A DNA stretch of 64,000 nt from Flavobacteriales bacterium (GTDB taxonomy: Bacteria; Bacteroidota; Bacteroidia; NS11-12g; UBA955), in assembly GCA_002737705.1 (NCBI GenBank), contig NSIM01000001.1:66472-130471 (forward strand), written 5' to 3'. A program made the translations under genes and the position numbers. The notes beneath the pieces are model-generated. The model ran no database searches, was not told the origin of the DNA, and was given only the letters and a program-made list of their open reading frames with translations. Of this stretch, positions 19,730 to 27,771 are shown piece after piece. Within the stretch, counting starts at the first letter, position 1. Each line of letters begins with the position of its first letter.

Positions 19730-19954
19730 ATTTTATTCAACTGCAATTTTGTCAGTTTTGCCACATATTACGTTCTTAAGGTCGCCAGTTCCTCCATTTT
19801 TGAAGCCAATATTGGCATATTTGGTCTTATTCGCGCCCTTGGGTTTGATGTTGTACTTGAGGACCGAATGGCAGTTGCGAAATTGCAGTTGCGAATTTTA
19901 CAACCACTCCATCACCGATAAACGATATTTTTGTAACGGATTCTAATCTTATTT

Positions 19955-20458
19955 ATGGAGAACAGCACTGCCCCATTCAAAAAAAAGCATACCCCGTCGC
20001 AGGCACGGCCCAAAATAGAAAAGTATTGTGCCTACCAAGAGCGCAGCCACCTTCAGGTAAAACGCAAATTGGCCGGACTCGGATTGCATACTTCAGATGC
20101 TGATCTTTTGTTGGTAGAGTTAATGCAAAACAATTTTCTCAATGAAACGCGATTTGCCATGGCATATGCGCGGGGGAAATTTAATATCAAACATTGGGGA
20201 CGCTTAAAAATAAAACAAGGGCTTAAACGAGAGGGTATTGGCGGGAGATTGATACAAGAAGCGCTCGCTTCCTTGAGATTGGCAGAGTATCAAAAAACAT
20301 TACACGCCTTGGCACAAAAAAAATGGCCATTCATCAAGGCAGCTTCTCACAGGGAAAAGGTCGCTAAACTACAGCGTTTTCTTCTGGGTAAAGGATACGA
20401 ATACGACGCCATTGATTGTGTTGTGAAGGAAGTGATATCAACGACCAAAATCAGATAA
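19955..20458 (+). CDS. recX: Regulatory protein RecX
   Basis: YCAYQERS, FLNETRFA, WGRLKI, FLLGKGYE; overlaps the convergent gene by 21 nt. Confidence 0.92.
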   Translation: MENSTAPFKKKHTPSQARPKIEKYCAYQERSHLQVKRKLAGLGLHTSDADLLLVELMQNNFLNETRFAMAYARGKFNIKHWGRLKIKQGLKREGIGGRLIQEALASLRLAEYQKTLHALAQKKWPFIKAASHREKVAKLQRFLLGKGYEYDAIDCVVKEVISTTKIR

Positions 20459-21466
20459 ATGCATATTAAGCCATTCTAAGGCAGAAGTCCCCAATAGTTG
20501 GCTTGTTATTTCAGGGGCAAAATTGCAATTGCGAATCAACGATCCTGGATTGTCTTCACCCAAGGGAAAAGGATAGTCCGATCCCAATGCAATGCGATTG
20601 GCACCGATCAAATCAATAAGGTAATGCAACATTTTTGGGTCATGAACCAGGCTGTCCAGCCAGAATTGTCCCAAATATTTTTTTGGATTATTGGGGTTGT
20701 CGATTGCTACTAAGTCGGGTCGAGCATGCCAGCCGTGCTCAATTCTTCCTATGGTGGAAGGAAATGAACCACCTCCATGGGCAAAGGCTACCCTCAGTCG
20801 TGGCAAACGTTCAAAAATTCCACCAAATATCATCGAACAGATGGCCAAGGAAGTTTCGGCTGGCATTCCAACCAACCAAGGCAACCAATAATCTGGCATT
20901 TTTTTGTTCGCAGAATACCACCAGGGATGAACAAATAAAGCCATGTCTAAATCTTGCATCGCTTCAAAGATTGGAAAGGTAGAGGGGTCATTGAGGTTGA
21001 GGTGGTTCACATGTGAACCTATTTGAATGCCTTTTAGTCCAATTTCTTTGCATCGTCGCAATTCTTTAATGGCCAATTCGCTGTGTTGCATGGGTAAGGT
21101 TCCCAATCCTACAAATCGCTTGGGATAGCGAGAACAAACACCTGCAATGTGGTCATTCAGAAATTGGGCAATTTCCAATCCATCTTTTGGCTCAGCCCAG
21201 TAGCTAAACATAATTGGGATGGTACTTAAGACCTGGACATCAACGTGGTGGTGTCCACATTCTGTTAGCCGTTGTATGGGATCCCAGCAATTGCTTTCTA
21301 TTTCTCGGAAGAAAGCATCATCCACCATCATTTTGGCACAACAAGGTTTATGGTGCTCGAGATGTATAAATTCTCCGTAGCCAAATTTTTCCTTCCAACG
21401 GGGTAGATTTTCGGGTATTATGTGGGTGTGAATGTCAACGGTAAAAAATTTCTGCGGCGAAAGCAT
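20438..21466 (-). CDS. 2-amino-3-carboxymuconate-6-semialdehyde decarboxylase (ACMSD, amidohydrolase family; kynurenine pathway)
   Basis: DIHTH, LFVHPW, WLVGMPAET, AHGGGSFP, GSDYPFPLGE. Confidence 0.9.
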   Translation of the reverse strand: MLSPQKFFTVDIHTHIIPENLPRWKEKFGYGEFIHLEHHKPCCAKMMVDDAFFREIESNCWDPIQRLTECGHHHVDVQVLSTIPIMFSYWAEPKDGLEIAQFLNDHIAGVCSRYPKRFVGLGTLPMQHSELAIKELRRCKEIGLKGIQIGSHVNHLNLNDPSTFPIFEAMQDLDMALFVHPWWYSANKKMPDYWLPWLVGMPAETSLAICSMIFGGIFERLPRLRVAFAHGGGSFPSTIGRIEHGWHARPDLVAIDNPNNPKKYLGQFWLDSLVHDPKMLHYLIDLIGANRIALGSDYPFPLGEDNPGSLIRNCNFAPEITSQLLGTSALEWLNMHLSDFGR

Positions 21467-21514
21467 GGAACAAAAATAGCAACATTCGCGTAATTGCCTT
21501 TTTTTGCAGTCAAA

Positions 21515-22867
21515 ATGAGTACTTCAAAGAGAAATGTGAATTTGTTTGGGGCAATGAGTATTGTGGTTGCAAACATGATAGGGACAGGTATATTTACCAG
21601 TTTAGGTTTCCAATTGTTGGAAATTCAAAGTGGGTTTGGTATATCCATGGTTTGGATTGTAGGGGGTATTTTGGCATTTTCTGGTGCAGTTTGTTACGCA
21701 GAATTGGCTACTCGCTTGCCAGAAGATGGGGGAGAATATTATTTTCTTTCTAAAATTTTTCATCCGGCATTGGGTTTTGTTGCCGGGTTTGTGAGTTCAA
21801 CGGTAGGATTTGCTGCACCCATTGCAGGGGCCGCGATTGCTTTGGGGGCTTATATGCATGGTGTTTGGCCAGGGATCAATGAAATGGTTCTGGGCATTGG
21901 GGTTATTGTAGTCATTAGCGGTATACATTGGTGGAATGCGCGTTTGGGAATTGATTTTCAAAAGGGTTCAACTGTGCTAAAAGTGGGTATGATTGTATTG
22001 TTTGTTGTTTTTGGATTTGCTATGGCAACCGAATCTGTTAATTTTTTCCCGAATGAGCAAGCCGTGGCGGAGATTTTCGGGCCCACTATTTCTCAAGAAC
22101 GTGTATGCAATTCGTGGTCGATGTTTCATTTTATTACCCCAGCTTTTGCCACAAGTTTAATTTGGGTGAGTTTTGCATACAGCGGCTGGAATGCAAGCAG
22201 CTATATCGCAGGGTCTATTGAGAATCCCATAAAAAATTTATCGCGCAGTATAATTTTTGGGACCCTAATGGTCACTATTTTGTATGTATTGCTAAATATG
22301 GTTCTTATGATGTCTACCAATCTGGGAAATTTGAAAGGGGTAAAAGAGGTTGGATTGGTTGCTGGTAAGGCATTGTTTGGAATAAAATTTGGTCAAATAA
22401 TGGGCGGTATCATTAGCATTTTGTTGGTTTCAACAATTAGTTCGATGGTTTTTACAGGGTCCCGTGTATTGGCTAAAATGTTTGAGTCAATTCCTCGATT
22501 ATCGGGTTTGGCCAAACGGGAGGAGGATGGCAATCCCCGCCGGGCCATTGTTGTTCAAATGATCCTTGCCCTGGTATTAATGATAGTCATGGATTTCCCC
22601 CAATTAATATATTATATCGCGTTTACCTTGAGTTTGTTTACAATGATTGCTGTTTCGGGAATGATCGTATTGCGTTTTAAACAAGGAAAACCCCAAGGGT
22701 ATCGTGCATGGGGGTATCCCATTACGCCCATTGTATTTATAGTAACAACGGGTGCCGTAGCAGTATTTTTTATTCAAGACAAACCCATAGAAAGTATATA
22801 TGGCTTATCGACTGCCGTATTGGGATTTATATTTTACCTCTTTAGCAAGCCAAAAACCCCTTTCTAG
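21515..22867 (+). CDS. APC-family amino acid permease
   Basis: NMIGTGIF, YAELATRLPEDGGEY, FAYSGWN, many TM segments; start at ATG 21515. Confidence 0.9.
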   Translation: MSTSKRNVNLFGAMSIVVANMIGTGIFTSLGFQLLEIQSGFGISMVWIVGGILAFSGAVCYAELATRLPEDGGEYYFLSKIFHPALGFVAGFVSSTVGFAAPIAGAAIALGAYMHGVWPGINEMVLGIGVIVVISGIHWWNARLGIDFQKGSTVLKVGMIVLFVVFGFAMATESVNFFPNEQAVAEIFGPTISQERVCNSWSMFHFITPAFATSLIWVSFAYSGWNASSYIAGSIENPIKNLSRSIIFGTLMVTILYVLLNMVLMMSTNLGNLKGVKEVGLVAGKALFGIKFGQIMGGIISILLVSTISSMVFTGSRVLAKMFESIPRLSGLAKREEDGNPRRAIVVQMILALVLMIVMDFPQLIYYIAFTLSLFTMIAVSGMIVLRFKQGKPQGYRAWGYPITPIVFIVTTGAVAVFFIQDKPIESIYGLSTAVLGFIFYLFSKPKTPF

Positions 22868-23101
22868 AAAAATACAGCTGTTCTATTGGTACAACATTTC
22901 TGGCGATCCATCAACAATGTAGCGTACGAAATCATCAACAATTTGGTTTTGAAAGATTTGAGCCCCTGACATGGATACATGAGAATGGGGTTTGCTCAAG
23001 ACCACATTGTGAGAATATCGTCCTATACGGGGGCTTAAAAGTTATTTGAATCTACGCCTTTTTCTAGAAGGGGTTTCGCTGAATTTGCAGAACTTTGCAA
23101 A

Positions 23102-23572
23102 ATGGAATTAACGCAATTGGTATACAATATAGAGCAAGCTATTCACGATTTGGGTGTCGACCCCCAAACCGCAAAAGGAGAGGAATTAGGGCAGTGGTTT
23201 TTAATGCGAAATGAAACATCCATATTTATTGATGCGTGGAATGCAGAGCAAAAATCGCCTTGGAATTATTTTATTTTCGATACCGACAAATCCACTTTTC
23301 AACTTACAATTCCATTTTGTTATGCGCCCACCCTAAAACGAGAAGCTTTTTTAGAAGAATTGCTTACAGTCAACCTAAATCTGTTGTATGGAAAGTTTAC
23401 CTACAATTCAAAAGACAATGTTGTGGCTCTCGTTTACCGGGTTCCAGGAGATGCATTTCGCCATACAGAATTGGGCAATATTGTCGATGCGTTATTGTAT
23501 TATGCAGAGATGGCCTACCATGTTCTTAAAGACGAATTTCAACTTAAGCGGATAGAAACAGAGGGGCAGTAA
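23102..23572 (+). CDS. YbjN/CesT-like (type III secretion chaperone-fold) protein
   Basis: Acidic 156-aa protein with ELLTVNLNLLYGKF pattern; fold call by resemblance only. Confidence 0.6.
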   Translation: MELTQLVYNIEQAIHDLGVDPQTAKGEELGQWFLMRNETSIFIDAWNAEQKSPWNYFIFDTDKSTFQLTIPFCYAPTLKREAFLEELLTVNLNLLYGKFTYNSKDNVVALVYRVPGDAFRHTELGNIVDALLYYAEMAYHVLKDEFQLKRIETEGQ

Positions 23573-23788
23573 AGCCAATTTTGAGATTACCGTATTGCTT
23601 GTTGGTCACGACATGTCCGGGTATGAAAGGGATCTTATACTGTGACGATGAAGTTGTTTGGCAAAACAGCTTAATGTTCGGCATAAAGAAAACCAAACGT
23701 TTGGTGATTGTTGATGAGGCGCCACATTTGCCGGAGGATTACATGCTAAGTTGTCCCTATACAACAATCTCACCGGTATTCAAATACT

Positions 23789-24517
23789 TTAGCGGCCCTG
23801 TCTCTGGGCAGCAATTCGCTGTAAATCCGATATGCTTTGCTTGGCAGCGAAAAAATTGGGGTCTATTTTAAGTGCTTCCTGCAATGCGGTGGCCGAGCTT
23901 AGGATATCTCCGATTGCATTGAGCATAAGGGCTTGTAAATATACAAATGCTGCTTTTGCAGGAACATTCTCTTGAATATGTGCTTGAATATGCTCCATCC
24001 GCACTTTTCCCTGTTGTAATGTGGAGTCTTTCAGGGCCAGCGTAACCATTGAATCACATGTATTAATATTTCCACGTGCCATTTCTACAAAGCACATATC
24101 CCACCAAAATGTTGGGTCTTTGGTTTCATTCCACAGTTCTTGAAAAATCACCATGCAGGCAGTGTCTTTTCCTTGTTCTAAATACAACTTTGATTTTATC
24201 TCGCGTAAAAAAGTATTTTTTGGATTGAGATTTAGGCCTAAATCCACATAGTACATGGGTGTTTTTGTATTGCGAATCGTTTGCCCACCCACCAGTCCAT
24301 TGTGGAAAAAGTGGAAATAAGCCAAACTATCATAAGCCCATGATTGGATGCTGCTGTCTTGATTTACCCAGTGGGTTAGAATTTGGGTCGCCGTTTGATA
24401 GTCACCGGCAGCCAAACTCATAGTATAGGCCCTTTCAGTAGAATTGTCTTTGTTATTGCTGCAAGAAGCCAATAGTAATAAAAGGAAAACGACAACAATT
24501 GGGTGTATAAGTTTCAT
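23789..24517 (-). CDS. TPR-like lipoprotein of unknown function
   Basis: Lipobox LLAS-C; helical repeats with ALKIDPNF TPR signature. Confidence 0.7.
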   Translation of the reverse strand: MKLIHPIVVVFLLLLLASCSNNKDNSTERAYTMSLAAGDYQTATQILTHWVNQDSSIQSWAYDSLAYFHFFHNGLVGGQTIRNTKTPMYYVDLGLNLNPKNTFLREIKSKLYLEQGKDTACMVIFQELWNETKDPTFWWDMCFVEMARGNINTCDSMVTLALKDSTLQQGKVRMEHIQAHIQENVPAKAAFVYLQALMLNAIGDILSSATALQEALKIDPNFFAAKQSISDLQRIAAQRQGR

Positions 24518-24583
24518 TGCAGTCAAAGGTAATTAGATTTTGTGAACCAAAAAGTAATCGCTTTTATTAACTTTGTGCTACCT

Positions 24584-25915
24584 ATGTTTGAGAACCTACA
24601 GAACCGGTTGGAAAAGGCCTTTAAGACACTAAAGGGCCAGGGAAGAATCAATGAAATCAATGTGGCCGACACAGTGAAGGAAATTAGAAGGGCATTGATT
24701 GCGGCCGATGTTAATTTTAAAGTTGCCAAAGATTTTACCGATACTATTTTAGAAAAAGCCAAGGGTCAGGAGGTGATTAAATCCATTTCCCCCAGCCAGC
24801 TATTGACCAAAATTGTAAATGACGAATTGGTGAAATTATTGGGAGGAGAAAAAAGCGATTTACAACTTCATGCCAGTCCGACAGTCATATTGGTTGCTGG
24901 CTTACAGGGGTCAGGTAAAACGACATTTACGGGCAAATTGGGTATGTATTTAAAGGGCTTGGGTCGCAATCCATTGTTTGTAGCGGCTGACGTTTATCGA
25001 CCGGCAGCCCGTGAGCAATTAAAGGTATTGGGACAGCAAGTAGGGGTATCTGTATTCAGTGAGGATACAAATAACAATCCAATCGATATTGCGGAAAATG
25101 CACTTGCATTCGCCAAAAAAAACAACCACAATGTCCTCATTGTTGACACTGCGGGCCGTTTGTCTGTAGACCAGAAAATGATGGAAGAAATTGCCCAATT
25201 AAAGCGGGTGCTTAAGCCCCACGAAATTCTATTTGTGGTTGATTCAATGACTGGGCAGGATGCCGTAAATACCGCAAAATCCTTCAATGATGTTTTGGAT
25301 TTTACGGGTGTAGTTCTTACCAAATTGGATGGCGATACAAGGGGCGGTGCAGCGTTGAGCATTAAAACAGTCGTTAATAAGCCCATTAAGTTTGTGAGCC
25401 ATGGAGAAAAGATGGAAGCATTGGATGTATTTTATCCCGAACGCATGGCGGGTAGAATCTTGGGTATGGGCGATGTGGTTTCACTGGTAGAAAGGGCTCA
25501 AGCAGTTTTTGATGAGGAAGAATCAGAACGGTTGTCAAAAAAAATTGCCAAAAATAAGTTTGACTTTGAAGATTTTCTATCGCAATTACAACAAATTAAA
25601 AAAATGGGCAATGTCAAAGATTTGTTGGGTATGTTGCCTGGAGTTGGTAGCCAAATCAAAGATTTAGACATTGATGACAATTCATTTAAAGGCATCGAAT
25701 CAATTATTCAGAGCATGACTCCAAAAGAGCGCGCTTTTCCAGAAATTTTGAATGCCAGTCGCAAACAGCGTATTGTTCGTGGCAGTGGTAAATCTATCCA
25801 AGATATCAATAAATTACTTGCGCAATTTGAGCAAATGCGAAAGATGATGAAGGTGATGAATAATTCCAAGGGCAAGATGCCAAGCATGCCGAACCTGTCT
25901 AGCATGAGACGATAA
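24584..25915 (+). CDS. ffh: Signal recognition particle protein Ffh
   Basis: GLQGSGKTT, DVYRPAA, DTAGR, TKLDGD, Met-rich M domain; start MFENL at 24584, 8 nt after a TAACTTTG box (24568-24575). Confidence 0.97.
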   Translation: MFENLQNRLEKAFKTLKGQGRINEINVADTVKEIRRALIAADVNFKVAKDFTDTILEKAKGQEVIKSISPSQLLTKIVNDELVKLLGGEKSDLQLHASPTVILVAGLQGSGKTTFTGKLGMYLKGLGRNPLFVAADVYRPAAREQLKVLGQQVGVSVFSEDTNNNPIDIAENALAFAKKNNHNVLIVDTAGRLSVDQKMMEEIAQLKRVLKPHEILFVVDSMTGQDAVNTAKSFNDVLDFTGVVLTKLDGDTRGGAALSIKTVVNKPIKFVSHGEKMEALDVFYPERMAGRILGMGDVVSLVERAQAVFDEEESERLSKKIAKNKFDFEDFLSQLQQIKKMGNVKDLLGMLPGVGSQIKDLDIDDNSFKGIESIIQSMTPKERAFPEILNASRKQRIVRGSGKSIQDINKLLAQFEQMRKMMKVMNNSKGKMPSMPNLSSMRR

Positions 25916-25919
25916 TGGC

Positions 25920-26555
25920 ATGAAAAACATCGCAGACATCCGAAAAGAGTACACCAAAGGTGCGTTGGAGCCCCAAGAGATGGGACACGCTCCCATTCCG
26001 GTGTTTAGGGAGTGGTTTCATCAAGCGATAACCTCTGAAGTTTTGGAGGCAAATGCCATGGTTTTGGGTACGGTTAATTTACAGGGAAGGCCATCTTCTC
26101 GGGTGGTATTGTTAAAAGGTATCACCGATGGGGGCATCGTATTTTATACCAATTATGCGAGTAGAAAAGGACAAGAAATCGCGGCCAACGGATTTGTTTC
26201 GGCGGTATTCTTTTGGCCGGAGTTGGAAAGACAGGTGCGCATGGAGGGGCAGGTGAAACAGGTAAGCGCAGCGCAGAGTGATACATATTTTTACAGCAGA
26301 CCAAGAATTTCTCAGGCTGGGGCGGTGGTGTCGGAACAAAGCCAAGTGATATTGAGCAGAGAGGCCTTAGATGCTCGGATGACGGAATTGTTGGCCGACG
26401 AATCGATCAAAATAGAACGTCCCAAGCACTGGGGTGGCTATGAAATTGTGGTGGATCGCGTAGAATTTTGGCAAGGCAGACCCGGCAGGGTGCATGACCG
26501 TGTGCTGTTTGAAAAGCTCAGTGGCATTTGGCTGAAATCTCGATTAGCGCCCTAA
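25920..26555 (+). CDS. pdxH: Pyridoxamine 5'-phosphate oxidase
   Basis: RVVLLK, FYTNYASRKG, RQVRMEG, EFWQGRPGRVHDR, RLAP. Confidence 0.96.
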   Translation: MKNIADIRKEYTKGALEPQEMGHAPIPVFREWFHQAITSEVLEANAMVLGTVNLQGRPSSRVVLLKGITDGGIVFYTNYASRKGQEIAANGFVSAVFFWPELERQVRMEGQVKQVSAAQSDTYFYSRPRISQAGAVVSEQSQVILSREALDARMTELLADESIKIERPKHWGGYEIVVDRVEFWQGRPGRVHDRVLFEKLSGIWLKSRLAP

Positions 26556-26686
26556 AGAAGATAGACTTTTTTTGGGCATGATAGGGTTGTAAGATCTTGA
26601 AGGCAACAAAACGGCTCTTTGTACCCGACTAAATTTTCTACCAATGTTTCACAAACTCTTGGAAAGTGGTGCTTTACCACGGGTGA

Positions 26687-27511
26687 TTATCCGGCAGCGG
26701 GATCCCTGAAACCGTCCATTAGGTCATTGGAGATGCCGGTGAAGCTGAAACCACCGTCGTGGAAAAGGTTTTGCATGGTCACCATGCGGGTGTAGTCAGA
26801 GAACAAACTCACGCAGTATTCTGCGCAAGCGGCGGCACTGGCGTTGCCTAACGGACTCATTTTGTCGGCATAGTTAAAGAACGCATTGAACCCACCTACG
26901 CCTGAACCAGCAGTGGTTGGTGTTGGACTTTGGCTGATGGTATTCACGCGAACGTGCTTTTTCTTGCCGTAGTGGTAGCCGAAAGAGCGGGCGAAGCTCT
27001 CGAGTAACGATTTGGCATCGGCCATTTCACCGTAGTCAGGGAAAGTTCGCTGCGCAGCGATATAGCTCAAGGCCACAATGCTACCCCATTCGTTCATGGC
27101 GTCTTTTTTGATCAAGGTTTGCATCAATCGGTGGAACGACATCGCACTGATATCGAGTGTTTGGTGCATATACTCGTAGTTGGAGTCGGTGTAAGGGTTT
27201 TTCTTGCGAATGTTCAAACTCATGCCCACGCTGTGGAGTACAAAATCAAAGTTGCCTCCCAAGGCCTCAGTGGCACCGGAAACCAAATTGTCTAGGTCTT
27301 CCATTTTGGTTACATCGGCATAAATTAAGGGTGCATTCAAAGCCTTGGATAAAAGATCAGTTTGTCCAATTTTTGCTGCCACAGGCGCGTTGGTGAGAAC
27401 AATGCTTGCGCCCTCTGCATGGCATCGTTCGGCGACTTTCCAAGCAATGGAATTTTCATTGAGTGCTCCGAAAATAATGCCTTTTTTTCCTTTTAATATA
27501 TTGTTTGACAT
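26687..27511 (-). CDS. fabI: Enoyl-ACP reductase FabI (Bacteroidota type)
   Basis: GKKGIIFGALNENSIAW, LHSVGMS, YGEMADAK, RVNTISQSPT, NLFHDGGF. Confidence 0.93.
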   Translation of the reverse strand: MSNNILKGKKGIIFGALNENSIAWKVAERCHAEGASIVLTNAPVAAKIGQTDLLSKALNAPLIYADVTKMEDLDNLVSGATEALGGNFDFVLHSVGMSLNIRKKNPYTDSNYEYMHQTLDISAMSFHRLMQTLIKKDAMNEWGSIVALSYIAAQRTFPDYGEMADAKSLLESFARSFGYHYGKKKHVRVNTISQSPTPTTAGSGVGGFNAFFNYADKMSPLGNASAAACAEYCVSLFSDYTRMVTMQNLFHDGGFSFTGISNDLMDGFRDPAAG

Positions 27512-27771
27512 GGTTTGTAAGGGTATCACAATAATACATGTTTTATGGCAAATCTATTTACGTCTTCAGGGGGGTATTTTTGATGATTGGGGAGTATAAT
27601 AAAGTTTTATCATACCCATAAATCCACCGAGTAGTGCTTCGATTTTTAATAAGACCGCCCAATACCACATTTGGATTGTATTGCCACTTTGGAAGAACAG
27701 TGCTTCACAATTATTTGACAATTTGAGTATTAATGTGTTAATTTACATAGCGTAAATCAGATTGAATTCGT

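Noticed and set aside
22854-23076. 6S RNA call for the rod-like spacer
   Set aside because: No recognisable 6S sequence motifs or zapA/rny context, and the outer arm overlaps a CDS; kept only as an unassigned structure.
23102-23572. Type III secretion system implied by the chaperone-fold gene
   Set aside because: No T3SS genes nearby; YbjN-like proteins occur independently of T3SS.
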